Of a stretch of DNA of 64,000 bases, positions 1 through 13,711 are shown piece after piece (position 1 is the stretch's first letter; each line of letters starts with the position of its first letter). Origin of the DNA: Haliotis rubra (Eukaryota); NCBI RefSeq assembly GCF_003918875.1, contig NW_025767546.1:930001-994000 (forward strand), read 5' to 3'. Position numbers and translations under genes: made by a program. Under the pieces are notes generated by a model. The model was not told the DNA's origin, made no database searches, and saw only the letters and a program-made list of their open reading frames with translations.

Positions 1-100
1 TATGCTTAACACTAGGTCAATGTTACTCAGATCACTTCAAGGTGAACCAAACTATTCCAATTCAAAGTTCAACAATGTGAGCGGATACGTTTTGGTAGTT

Positions 101-3100
101 TCACAATTTATAAGAAAAGATGGCAATGTACTACTTGAGAAAGCAGGTAATAGCGATTTGGATGACCCTATCCGATATATAAGTTAGTTCTTAGATTCCC
201 ATGTTCTCCTGTTTGTGTAGATGTAATTTGACTAATTTTGCATCACTATTAACGCAGTACTAGCCATATCTTCAAATGTAATGAAATTACTGATAATAAT
301 ACAACATTTTAGTTGACGTCATGGCTTATTTTATGCATTTTGCGACTTCGGAAAAAGACGACATTGGTTTGCTGATTAGTATATATCTCACCTAATTTCT
401 ATTTATTGTATAAAAGGTCTCGGCTTCTATGTCAGAATTTAACACTCTTTAGAGAAAACATAAAATGAATGATTTTACCAATTAAATAGTGTCCCGAATA
501 TATCAACAATTAGACGGTTTGACGGTTTGACTGAATACTTATTTTGCAGTTATGGCTACGTGTGATCTTCTAATACTTGTGTAAAGGTTTAAAATATGGT
601 GTACTACACTAAATGTGTCAATTTCTTATTTTTTTTTCATTATTATTATTATAGGATATTTATATAGCGCACATATCCACGCAACTAGTGCTTGCTCAAG
701 GCGCTGGTATTTTTTTCCCTCGATCATTGGATGTCAATCTCAACGGCACATCTTATTATCAATCTCAACTCCCTGTGGAGTATACAACTCTTGCAGCCAC
801 TAGGCGCACCAAGTTATTGTGGCTTACTCATGCTAACGAGGTACATATTTCTTATGTAAATATTATTCAAACAATCAAAAACTTTCAAAGAATAAAAAAC
901 GCCTACCCTATATCCACGTATAATATGGTATTGAACATGGCTAAATGTATTTTCTGAAATTAGTTTGATGAAAAATTATCTGAACGATACGCAAAATATA
1001 CATCATAATACTGACAGTGTAATCGGAAGGATAGGGCGATTGTGTTTACTCTTGTTCAATCGGACTTCACCTCAAAGAAATGGCATAATATGTACAACAA
1101 TGTTGACGTATGACATCAGTACTGCCGACCGATTTCTTACAAAATGGCGGCCTTGCTGACAAGGATACACAGGATTTTGCGAGGACCCTTCCCTTGATTC
1201 TGGGATCGTTTGTACATAAATATGAGATGTAAGTAATCAGAATGATTTTGACTATCTGTGTATTGTTGTATGTTTTATCGTTTTCATTGTAAGTAAGAGA
1301 AGAAACCAGAAATGCTGATAATTACCTTTGTCGTTCTGCGTGAATTTGCGTCAGTCATGACGTCACGCTGCACGGAAACTTTGACACTCTCTTATGAAAT
1401 ATCAAATCATTGCATTGTATCTGTTTCCCATTTCTTGCTACGTACGATACTCTTTCTAGGCATATTCTAAAGATATTGAGCCATTGCAAGCAATGAATAG
1501 ACGGCTGGATGTCGGAAAATTTCAGAAAATGCTAGTACGTAGTGTAAAATCGGATTTTTTTTGTTTACATTTCAAACAGTTCATGGAAAGAGTATCGTAG
1601 CAAGAAATAGGAAATTATAAATAGATACAATGCAATGATTTGATAATTCATAAGAAATTGTCAAAGTTTCCGTGCAGCGTGACGTCATGACTGACGCAAA
1701 ATCACGCAGAACGACAACGGTAATTATCTGCATTTCCTGTGTACGCTTGTCAGCAAAGCCGCCATTTTGTGAGAAATCGGTCAGCGGTAGTGATGTCATA
1801 CGTCAACATTGTTCAACATATTATGCAATTTATTTGAGGTGAAGGTCGGTTGAACAAGGGTAAACACAATCGCCCAATCCTTCCGATTACACTGTCAGTA
1901 TTACAGTGTATATTTTGCGTATAGTTCAGATACTTTTTCATGAAACTGACTTCAGTATCTACATTTAGCCTTGTTCAATATCATATCATACGTGCATATA
2001 GGGTTTACGGTGTTTTATTCTTTGAAAGTTTTTGATTGTTTGAATCATATTTACATAAGAAATTGACACAGTTAGTGCAATACACCATATTCTAAACCTT
2101 TACACAAGTGTTAGAAGATCAAACGTAGCCATAACTGCAACTACTTTAGTTCCTATGATGTACAATATTCAATTTATTTGGACTAATATTGCAATTTCAT
2201 ATGAACAGGTAAATGAACGGTGATTTAATTCAACCTTATATGTAAAACTGATAATATTAATGAAAATGATTTATATATGGTATGAAATGTATATGCACAC
2301 ATATTTAAAGGAATTGTCTTGTTCACTGCATAATTTGTGTCGTTTTATAGACAAAAGAATGATGCATACTGATCGGTCAGGTGCGCGTTTGTTGGAAACG
2401 TTTTATGATTCTCTATCATTGTTTTCGATAATATAATCAATTCATATTCGACTAAATAATATTGTGATGACAGGATATCAAACTCTAACTACATTCATAG
2501 GAAAATTGTTGAAAAATATATATACCATCTCATGTGTTAATTCGGACAAATCTTACATCCATATTCTAATATATAGTTCCACATATAAAAAGCTATCTTT
2601 TTGCATCTTTCATTGCATACGTATGAAGAGAAATAGCTACATAATCATAAACAAACAAAATTCTTATCCCAAATAAAATATTCGGGTGTTGTGAAATATT
2701 ATTTTTATTTACGTTAAAGTGATGCCAAACAGGTGCGCGTGTTGTTCAAAATAAGATACGCTGTCAAACTGTCTAATTGTTGATATATTCAGGACACTAT
2801 TTAAATGGAAAAATCAGTCATTTTATGTTTTGTCTAAAGAGTGTTAAATTCTGACGTAGAAGCCGAGACCTTTTAAACAATTAATGGAAATTAGGTGAGA
2901 TATATACTAATCAGCATACCAATGTCGTCTTTTTCCGACGTCGCAAAATGCATAAAACAAGCAATGACGTCAACTAAAATGTTGTATTATTTTCAGCAAT
3001 TTCATTACATTTGAAGATATGGCTTGTAGTAATTCTGGTAGTCAAATTACAATAACTTATATATCGGATAGGGCCATCCAAATCGCTATTACGTGCTTTC

Positions 3101-3137
3101 ACATGTAATACGTTGTCATTTTTCTTGTAAATTATGA
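101..3137. mobile_element. Large foldback (long inverted repeat) element
   Basis: The left arm (~101-1456) is a diverged reverse complement of the right arm (~1585-3137). Matching blocks: 1305-1456 vs 1585-1737, 847-1174 vs 1735-2062, 545-629 vs 2055-2140, 260-525 vs 2762-3025 and 101-186 vs 3055-3137. The central spacer is ~130 bp. There is no coding capacity. Confidence 0.85.
630..846 (-). mobile_element. Short retroposon fragment inserted in the left foldback arm
   Basis: Absent from the right arm. Flanked by a 9-bp duplication ATTTCTTAT (621-629, 847-855), with a T/TAT-rich tail at the left end. A related copy lies at ~38490-38680. Confidence 0.7.
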
Positions 3138-3162
3138 TGCAAGTTTGGTTTGAGTCAAATTA

Positions 3163-3707
3163 CATAACGGAGTTATGCCCCTTATCATTATACGTGTATG
3201 ATCGGATAAATTGACAGTTTTTAACGCATAACAAACTTTGGACAACATTTAGCTGTGTCTATTTCTCAAACCGCCGAGGTAGTTGCACTTTATACCAACA
3301 GATAGGAAATTTAATATTCTACATTTCTGTGTAATTTTATAGCCGTACGTAGATCCAGGACCACGCGAGCGCAATTCTCGCACAACGTTCACTTTTCAAA
3401 CCTTTTGAAAATGTGCGCCAGAAAAAAAACTCGACATCAAGGGGGTTAGTCTGTGTGTTACGCCTGACGTTAGCTACGCCCAACATGTGCATACGGCCAC
3501 AGAAAAGTCCTCAAAAAGAACAACTGCACCAGTAATGACTTCGTCAAGCATGGGTGAATACAGATATTCCCCAGTTCATTCGACCACTCACATACACAAA
3601 CAGGAGAATATGGGCATATGAGTTACATTGACTCTACATGATTTTTCAGTGTTAGCCGTAGCAAAACGCATAACGGAGTTATGCCCCTTATCATTATACG
3701 TGTATGA
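3163..3707 (+). repeat. 39-bp direct repeat pair
   Basis: CATAACGGAGTTATGCCCCTTATCATTATACGTGTATGA occurs at 3163-3201 and 3669-3707. Confidence 0.85.
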
Positions 3708-4074
3708 CCTCTTTGTCGTCGTTTGACGTCATAGAAGAAAATCCATTTTGACATTTATTGCGAGTCATTGTTAATGTTGAGCGTATAACGTTATGCACAA
3801 GCACATAAACCCAATTCAGATACACTTATGTCGTTCAGCATCAAGATAATTTTTATTTTTATGAGGTCCCTTCAGCGCTTCCATTACTCACATATAGTAT
3901 TTATTTTCCTTTTATTTCATTTCCAATTCGCGGGGGCGGGATCGTCAGGTCATCAGGTGAATATTTGATCAATACAGTCCAAAGACCAATCCCACGTAGC
4001 CTACTGTTTACAACTTCTGTTACAACCCTGTGCAAAGTTCAGGGGCGGATAACTCGCATTGCTGAACATCCAAC

Positions 4075-7000
4075 ATGGCCACTGTCAACACTTGGGTAGC
4101 GAGGGTGGCTGATTTTTTGTTGGGGAAAGTCCCCTTCATTAATGCTCTTTCATTTCTTATGCTTCTTGCTGAAAGAGCAAAAAGTGAAAGGTATTACCAA
4201 TGTTAACTATTGTGTCACATGCATAATGCAACTGTGATTATTGTTCTGTACTACGTCAACACAGACATACCGGTACTCTGTAGTAATGTACTGCATTAGG
4301 GAAATTACACGCCATTTATCATAGGATCAAATCATTCATCACTCTAGATCAAAAACACTCCGTTGAGGTTTTAATATTGGATTCCCCTTTAGATAAAATC
4401 TCTTATCCCAGAAAGAATGAAAATAAACATGTATATTTTTTTAATTTTATCAGTACCGTATTGGTCATACGTGAGTCATCATTAGTGAAATTTCCATAGA
4501 CTTACATGTTAATCAACTGTTGCAAGCATAATTTTCATAAAATGAGTCGAAGTCATTTTGTTATAATATTTTGCAAACATCTTGGAAATCATCTTCAGCT
4601 ACGTATACATAATTTTCTGTCATCTTTCTGTTGATTAGTTATCGAATGACATCTGGTTAAGGACCAAGTATTTTAACTTTTAATCTATCCCATAGACAGT
4701 CATGTTAAACCTGATTGGTATGTCTGATATGTCTTGTTTAAATAGTTGCAGTTTTCTTAATAAAATTTTCATCAGAAAATTGAATGGAAATTATGTGTAT
4801 GTAGCAGAGATGATTTCCCAGCTGGTAGATAAGTATTGAAACCAATTTGACCGAAACTAAATTTATGAAAACTATTCTTGCAAGAGTTAATTAACAAATT
4901 AATTGCAAGTCTATGGGAATTTCACTAATGATGACTCACTTATGGCAAACTACTGTATATCAATATCAGTGTATGAAATACGCCAAAACCGCAGCCAGAC
5001 CTCAGGGCTGGTAACTTCAAAATATTACCAGCCCAAAATGGATTTAACCAGACCAAATATGGTGATTTACTCATATGTATGGAACATCTAAAACTTTTAC
5101 CAGACCATCGGGCTGGTTAGCTGTAAATTTAGACCATCCGTCAGAAATCTAGACTGTCTCGGGCGGTCGGACGGGCCTTATTTCATACACTGTCAATATA
5201 GTCTGATTCAATGGAGGCCGAAAATGCCACAGTATTCACCAACAGGGGTGTTAAAATTGCATCATGTGGGTGTGTAGGATGGATGAGGGTTTTTTAATAT
5301 TACGTTTTGACACATTTGGTAAATATAAAGCTTACACAGTGTCCAGAAAGAATATGCACAGTGTTTACAATCTTGGGAGTGCAAATAGTGACATGAAATC
5401 ATGTCATTTATATATTTGCTACCTAATCTGCATATGTGTAAATATTTCTTTAATATAATGATCTGACACTTTGTTATGAAACTTTTCCACAATATTATTT
5501 ATGAATTCTTAAAATTATTGTGATAATTATATCTCATTGAGCATTGTGGGAGAAACTAAATATGTTTCTAACTCAACTTAAATAAAGCATTTCATCACTC
5601 AGTACTCCATAAATATGTCTATGTGAGCTTTCTGCATTTGATGACAGTGAAATGTTTGGCAAGGGGTATTATTTGAAATATTTCTTAGAAAGATATGTGA
5701 AGCTGAGACCATATATGATCCAATCTAGAGCACCTGTTGTGAATTGTGAGAGAAAATGCAAACTTGTATATTTCATCAATCAAATAATCACCTCTCTCAT
5801 CCTGATGCCATCCATGTTTGGTTACACAAACTCACCTGAACTTTATCTTGTCTTTTAGTATTTCCATGCTGACTGCCGTATCAAATAAGTCTATAATATT
5901 GTTAGTTTCCTACCTGTTCTAAACATCCATGATTACAGAGTGTATTGTACCAATTGTGTATCAGGATGTGTACTCTCAGTGCTTCCCCACTTAATTGTCT
6001 GGCCCAAGACTGCCACCATATAGCTGGAATATTGCTGAGTGTTGCGTTAAACAATAAACCAACCCACCAACCAACCAAACAACATTTTGTGAAAAGTTAG
6101 TGATGGAGGAGATGAGACAAATCTATGGTGGTGAATAGCTAAGGATGTTTATAGTTAGAAAAAGAGATCAGATAAAATTAAATTTTGAAAAACTTTCTCC
6201 TCTTGTTTCAGTGTGCCCCCGTTACCCCCTCAGCTGATCTACGCTCATATGGGAGTGTTCCTCATCTGTGGTTTCCTCATGTCCGCCCACATGGCGAAGA
6301 AGGAGGCATCATTGGTGTATGCAGGCCAGCTCATATTCTTTTCCTACAACTTCTACACCAACAAGAAGCTCAACTACGGCCAGTGGCAGAGAGTAAGACT
6401 TCTTGGTTCCTTGTTGCAGACATTGTTAAGAGTTATTTTCCATAAAAATCTATATCGCTCTAACCAGAACATCATCGACTTGGCAATCAGTACTGAAGTT
6501 TATATAAAACAATACTAGTGCAGAACTCTAGCTCTGTCAATGTAAACACACAGGGACAACACCAGTAGCTTAACTCTTGCTCTGTCAACACCAGTAGCTT
6601 AACCCTTGCTCTGTCAACACCAGTAGCTTAACCCTTGATCTGTCAACACCAGTAGCTTCCCTTGATCTGTCAACACCACTAGCCTAACCCTTGCTCTGTC
6701 AACACCAGTAGCTTAACCCTTGCTCTGTCAACAGCAGTAGCTAAACTCTTGCTCTGTCAACACCAGTAGCTTAACCCTTGCTCTGTCAACACCAGTAGCT
6801 AAACTCTTGCCCTGTCAACAGCAGTACCTTAACTCTTGCTCTGTCAACACCAGTAGCTTAACTCTTGCTCTGTCAACACCAGTAGCTTAACTCTTGCTCT
6901 GTCAACAGCAGTAGCTAAACTCTTGCTCTGTCAACACCAGTAGCTTAACCCTTGCTCTGTCAACACCAGTAGCTAAACTCTTGCCCTGTCAACAGCAGTA

Positions 7001-10000
7001 GCTTAACCCTTGCTCTGTCAACAGCAGTAGCTAAACTCTTGCTCTGTCAACACCAGTAGCTTAACCCTTGCTCTGTCAACAGCAGTAGCTTAACCCTTGC
7101 TCTGTCAACACCAGTAGCTTAACCCTTGCTCTGTCAACAGCAGTGGCTAAACCCTTGCTCTGTCAACACCAGTAGCTTAACTCTTGCTCTGTCAGCACCA
7201 GTAACTAAACTCTTGCTCTGTCAACACCAGTAGCTTAACTCTTGCTCTGTCAACACCAGTAGCTAAACTCTTGCTCTGTCAACACCAGTAGCTTAACTCT
7301 TGCTCTGTCAACACCAGTAGCTTAACTCTTGCTCTGTCAACACCAGTAGCTAAACTCTTGCTCTGTCAACAGCAGTAGCTTAACTCTTGCTCTGTCAACA
7401 CCAGTAGCTAAACTCTTGTTCTGTCAACACCAGTAGCTAAACTCTTGCTCTGTCAACACCAGTAGCTTAACTCTTGCTCTGTCAACACCAGTAGCTAAAC
7501 TCTTGCTCTGACAACACCAGTAGCTTTACCCTTGCTATGTCAACACCAGTAGCTTAACTCTTGCTCTGTCAACACCAGTAGCTAAACTTTTGCTCTGTCA
7601 ACACCAGTAGCTTAACCCTTGCTCTGTCAACACCAGTAGCTTAACATCTTGTTCTGTCAACACCAGTAGCTAAACTCTTGCTCTGTCAACACCAGTAGCT
7701 TAACTCTTGCTCTGTCAACACCAGTAGCTTAACCCTTGCTCTGTCAACACCAGTAGCTTTACCCTTGCTTTGTCAACACCAGTAGCTAAACTCTTGCTCT
7801 GTCAACACCAGTAGCTAAACTCTTGCTCTGTCAACACCAGTAGCTTAACCCTTGCTCTGTCAACACCAGTAGCTTAACTCTTGCTCTGTCAACACCAGTT
7901 GCTAAACTCTTGCTCTGTCAACACCAGTAGCTAAACACCTTGCTCTGTCAACACCAGTAGCTAAACATCTTGCTCTGTCAACACCAGTAGCTTAACCCTT
8001 GCTCTGTCAACACCAGTTGCTAAACTCTTGCTCTGTCAACACCAGTAGCTAAACATCTTGCTCTGTCAACACCAGTAGCTTAACCCTTGCTCTGTCAACA
8101 CCAGTAGCTAAACATCTTGCTCTGTCAACACCAGTAGCTAAACATCTTGCTCTGTCAACACCAGTAGCTAAACTCTTGCCCTGTCAACAGCAGTACCTTA
8201 ACTCTTGCTCTGTCAACACCAGTAGCTTAACTCTTGCTCTGTCAACACCAGTAGCTTAACCCTTGCTCTGTCAACAGCAGTAGCTAAACTCTTGCTCTGT
8301 CAACACCAGTAGCTTAACCCTTGCTCTGTCAACACCAGTAGCTAAACTCTTGCCCTGTCAACAGCAGTAGCTTAACTCTTGCTCTGTCAACAGCAGTAGC
8401 TAAACTCTTGCTCTGTCAACACCAGTAGCTTAACCCTTGCTCTGTCAACACCAGTAGCTTAACCCTTGCTCTGTCAACACCAGTAGCTTAACCCTTGCTC
8501 TGTCAACAGCAGTGGCTAAACTCTTGCTCTGTCAACACCAGTAGCTTAACTCTTGCTCTGTCAACAGCAGTAGCTAAACTCTTGCTCTGTCAACACCAGT
8601 AGCTTAACCCTTGCTCTGTCAACACCAGTAGCTTAACTCTTGCTCTGTCAACACCAGTAGCTTAACATCTTGCTCTGTCAACACCAGTAGCTAAACATCT
8701 TGCTCTGTCAACACCAGTAGCTAAACTCTTGCTCTGTCAACAGCAGTAGCTTAACTCTTGCTCTGTCAACAGCAGTAGCTAAACATCTTGCTCTGTCAAC
8801 AGCAGTAGCTCAACTCTTGCTCTGTCAACACCATTAGCTAAACATCTTGCTCTGTCAACACCAGTAGCTAAACATCTTGCTCTGTCAACACCAGTAGCTT
8901 AACTCTTGCTCTGTCAACACCAGTAGCTTAACTCTTGCTCTGTCAACAGCAGTAGCTAAACATCTTGCTCTGTCAACAGCAGTAGCTCAACTCTTGCTCT
9001 GTCAACACCATTAGCTAAACATCTTGCTCTGTCAACACCAGTAGCTCAACTCTTGCTCTGTCAACACCAGTAGCTAAACATCTTGCTCTGTCAACACCAG
9101 TAGCTTAACCCTTGCTCTGTCAACAGCAGTAGCTTAACTCTTGCTCTGTCAACACCAGTAGCTAAACTCTTGCTCTGTCAACAGCAGTAGCTTAACTCTT
9201 GCTCTGTCAACACCAGTAGCTAAACATCTTGCTCTGTCAACACAAGTAGCTTAACTCTTGCTCTGTCAACACCAGTAGCTTAACTCTTGCTCTGTCAACA
9301 GCAGTAGCTAAACATCTTGCTCTGTCAACACCAGTAGCTTAACTCTTGCTCTGTCAACACCATTAGCTAAACATCTTGCTCTGTCAACACCAGTAGCTAA
9401 ACTCTTGCTCTGTCAACAGCAGTAGCTTAACTCTTGCTCTGTCAACAGCAGTAGCTAAACTCTTGCTCTGTCAACACCAGTAGCTTAACCCTTGCTCTGT
9501 CAACACCAGTAGCTAAACTCTTGCTCTGTCAACACCAGTAGCTTAACTCTTGCTCTGTCAACACCAGTAGCTTAAACTCTTGCTCTGTCAACACCAGTAG
9601 CTAAACTCTTGCTCTGTCAACACCAGTAGCTAAACTATTGCTCTGTCAACACCAGTAGCTGAAACAACCAACACTAATAACCATAATAGTTTGAATTATA
9701 TAAAGCAAACTTTATTTCTTTGATATATGGACAATCAGTGTATTAACTTTTCAAATTGCATACATATTGTGTGACTGCAAACCGTGTATATAATATACAG
9801 TGTGTCAGATTTGGTCTCCAGCTACCCATGCTTGTCATACGAAGCAACTAAGAGGATCGGGTGGTCAGCATATCCTAACTGTGTAGATCAGTGCTCACAG
9901 CAGCAGTTTCTTCATGTGGGTGACAAGTGTTGGTGAAGACCACTGTCGAAATCTGAATAAGGATAAATATTTTTTTTTATTTATTTTTTTTAAAATCTTT

Positions 10001-13000
10001 TTATTTGTTCCCATAATTGAGTACAAGCATATAAAGTAAAGCAATAAATGCATAAATACATGATCAAAGTTCATTGGGTTCAACACAAATGTCTGGTCAA
10101 CTGATAGCATAGAGAGAATATACTCCAGTAACAATTATTCCCCTTTCATTAAAGATTACGTCAGAAATTAAATATTGAGAATAAAGGAAATTATTTGTCT
10201 GAAAATTGATCTAATTTATTGTTCCTTCTGGATATGAAATTTTCAACTGTATAAATGTCTTTCAAAAATTTTAAACAATTATTAACTTTTGGAATTATTT
10301 TCTTCAAAGTGCAAGTATATATATATTTTTTAGCAGATAAGATTATATGATTTAGTAATGGCTTATTACCCAAAATTCCAAACCAAACCAAGGTCTTTGT
10401 TATTTCAAATTTCTGTATATTTTGGATTATCCAGTTTTTAAGGTTCCTTCCAGAAGGTTTGGGTTACAACACATTCCCAATATACATGACATAAGGTTTC
10501 ACTATCAACATTACAAAGGCTACATACTGCATTGTCAACCAGTTTCATTTTCATAAGTTCTTTTTGTATAAATAATTCTGTGCAAAATTCAAATTGAAAG
10601 TCTAAAAGTTTACATCTTTCACATTCCTTCTGCAAATATTAAAAATCATCGCCAATCAAAATCAATATCAGTAAAATAAGTTTTCCCATTTTAGGCAAAT
10701 ATGAGGTTTAATATTGTCAGATAAGAGTTTATCATAAAATAATCTTGAACCTTTTTTCAAATCCATAAAATTTTTATAAAGAAAGTTATCATCCAGATCA
10801 TTGTAATGTATATTTCTGTATTGTTTTATGGTCAATTTCCATGATTCAGGTATGATATAGAAAACATATCGAAGATCCATATATGTACCTCTAATATCAA
10901 ATTTGAACTTCAGATCTTCAAGAGGCATAAAACCATCTTCATTACAAAGGTCCTTAATTGTTAAAATTCCATTTTTAGCCCAATGCCTGATAAAGTGATT
11001 TGGGTTTTTGAAATTATTATTCAGCCATAAAGGTTGTGCTAAAATTCCTTTAATGTTGTCTGCTTCTATGGTATTCTTATTACAGTATAATTTCCATGCC
11101 AATAAAACATCTTTCCAAAAAGGATTATCAATTTCAACAATATTCTGAAAATTTGCTCCATATTTTAGTATATCATTTAATGGAAACTTGCATGGATTAC
11201 TCATATTTGTTTTTCTCAAATAGAGTCTGAGTGTGGATAATTTCATGGCATTAACAAAGGTTTTAATATCTATCATGTGTAAACCCCCTTCTGTATAATC
11301 CTTTTTCAAAGTGCTCCGTTTAATTTTATCATTTTTGTCGTTCCAAATGAATCTGAAAAATAGTCTCTCAAGGAAGTGATAAATTCATCAGGTGGATTAG
11401 GTAAAGAATTGAAAATGTGAACCAGTTTTGAAAGAGCCAATGTTTTAATTAGTGATTTTGCCAATCAGTGTGAGATGTCTTTTTCTCCATGTTGCCAATA
11501 ATCTATTAATTTCTTCAAGTCTTTTTTTTGTGTTGATTACCCATAAGTCATTCAAATCAGGTGTGAATTCAATACCCAAAACTTCAAATTCCTTTCTTTG
11601 CCATTCTATATTCAAATCTTCACAAATCATATCTCTGCTACCTGCATTTGAGCCTATCCAGATTGCTTTAGTCTTATCGATATTTATTCTTAACCCTGAC
11701 ATATTGTAAAAAGTATTAATGATATCAATAGCAGCATACAAACTTTCATCTGAACCGTCCAAAAATAATTCAGTATCATCAGCATATTGTCCTAATTTAT
11801 ATTCCTGAACATATAAGGATAAATATTGGTGAGGCCAACTATCACCTGACTCTTGACTGGGTAAAGAGCTAATGGTTCATGATTTGGGGGTAAATTTTGG
11901 GGGTAAATTTACAAAATTGTAAGACACAGTGGGTTAGCTTATAGGGATTTGGGTGAGCAGCTGACAGAGTTACCCACCTTTATTGTTGTTTATTGCAGAA
12001 ATTTATGATGGTGTGGGCATAGTGGCTGGGAAGATGTCACACTTATTGTAAGTTCGGCTATGTGGGAGCAGATTTTATTTTTACAATTTATTTTTATTTT
12101 ATGTAAAAAAAACCTTGATTTCTGTGGTAATGTACACCTTTTTTTCGATAGAAAATTAAAACTTAGAAGTGTGAAAAATTCATGCATATTTTGAGAGTCA
12201 AAGATCTCTTTTCTTTAGTGTAAAACATAAAATAAATCTTTGGGTCCGGGCAGTAACGAGAAACAAGAATATTTTTATACATGGCCTTAGATTAATGATA
12301 TGCTCCAAATTTATCATGAGTAAACATTTCTAGTGCAGCTGTCACAATGTTGATAATACTCAGGGATATCCTTTATCATTTCCTACATTCACTACCATAG
12401 TATAATTGTGAGCCAAATTCAAAATGATCTAAGACAGCTATCTAATAACTCCTGGGGTATGGTGAGGTACCGTATATTACTGTAGATAAGCCAAATTTTG
12501 AGGTAGTAGTGTAGTGTAGTACTACTGCAGTAGTGAGGGGGTATTTCTCATGGTAGACACCTGGTAGCTGGGATGTCCATGATGACTAGTAGTTACTAGT
12601 ACACCTACCAGTACAGTCTGATTGTGAGTCAGTGTGTCTGGGTTTTAGCTTCAGATGGCAGTGCGGCAAGTTGGCTGTGTGGGCATTTACGTCCTTGTGG
12701 CCTTCATCCACACCAAGAAGGAGAATCGATCAGAGCCACTTCGACGTGTTGGTGAGATCATCCTTGGCATCTATCTGTTCGCGTACGCCTACATACTGAA
12801 CAGCAGCAGCGAGTACAAGCGTGGCTTCCTGCACCACTTCCTGGACAGCGATTGGCTGAGATACTTCATCACCCTGGCAATTGTTGCATGTGCATTGTGC
12901 TTCCTCTCCGGTTACTTCATCCGTGACATGAGCGTCTGTGCAGTGGTCATGTTGATCCTTGTTACCGTAGTGATGGACCTTGACTTTGACTACTGGACAC

Positions 13001-13122
13001 GTCGCGGTGTCCACTTCTGGAACCAAGCTCGACTGCTTCTGGACAGTCTCACTGCTGTAACAGGATTTGCTTTATTTTCTCGGGTTTTTGAAAACAGAAT
13101 TAAGACTGAGCATTATGAATAA
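4075..13122 (+). CDS. TMEM101: Transmembrane protein 101 (3 coding exons)
   Basis: Exons 4075-4190, 6212-6392 and 12649 (or 12655)-13122, with GT-AG introns in consistent phase. Motifs LMLLAERA, YGQW, GEIILGIYL, ALCFLSGY and YWTRRGVHFWNQ match remembered TMEM101 (LMLYAERA, YGDW, GQVFLGIYL, AFLSGYY, FWNQ). Confidence 0.9.
4455..4957. mobile_element. MITE with long imperfect TIRs
   Basis: GTGAGTCATCATTAGTGAAATTTCCATAGACTT (4471-) is mirrored by AAGTCTATGGGAATTTCACTAATGATGACTCAC (~4907-4939). Confidence 0.65.
4967..5192. mobile_element. hAT-like MITE
   Basis: TIR CAGTGTATGAAATA...TATTTCATACACTG, flanked by the 7-bp duplication TCAATAT. Confidence 0.7.
6557..9660. repeat. 29-bp minisatellite (~105 copies) in TMEM101 intron 2
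   Basis: Unit TTGCTCTGTCAACACCAGTAGCTTAACTC, with 30-bp AAACATC variants. There are no spacers. Confidence 0.97.
9972..11812 (-). mobile_element. 5'-truncated L1/Tx1-like LINE (RT C-terminus plus zf-RVT), frameshifted
   Basis: The minus strand reads LGQYADDTELF at ~11770-11800, then SGLRINIDKTK, WRKRHLTLIGKI, EGGLHMID and CSLCNVDSETLCHVYWEC. There is an A-rich tail at ~9972-9991 and a 15-bp TSD ATAAGGATAAATATT at 9957-9971 and 11813-11827. Confidence 0.9.
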
Positions 13123-13711
13123 TGGACCATGTTGAAAAATTTTTCACACAAGTGCAATTTCCATGTACTCTGTTGATGTTTTGGTGAATGGATGGTTGTG
13201 TTCTGCTCAAATCTTGGCGACAGCAAAACAGTGTGTGTTTTGAGTGATGTCCTCATGTGCCATCATGCCCTTGACCTTGACCTTTTTCATGCAGATAGGC
13301 AGAAAAATTATTATTCAATTTATATTCAGATTATGTACATAGGTCCAAACCATGTGAATGTATCAATCCAAGTATTCAGCCATTCCATGACAAAACATGA
13401 ATTACCTTCATATGTGTTGCATGACTCACCAGTGTACCTGGTGACAGAAAGTTAAAAAATAATATCCTCAAAAGCCACAAGGCATAGACAGCTGCAACAG
13501 TCTTTTAGTAATACTGGCTATAATTAGATGGGAAGTTTGTTCAAGACACCATCATGGGTATTTCATTTTAGTGCCACAGATATTGTTTTTATGTAATTTT
13601 TTCTCCTTTTCTTTCAGTCTATATTACCCCAAATGTTCTAACACTCACCCTTGGTCATTATTGTTAAACACTGATACATAGAGATAACCACCCTTGGGCT
13701 CCCATGTCATC

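Noticed and set aside
6557-9660. CRISPR-like appearance of the 29-, 39-, 27- and 32-bp arrays
   Set aside because: The units are head-to-tail with no unique spacers, no cas genes are present, and the context is eukaryotic.
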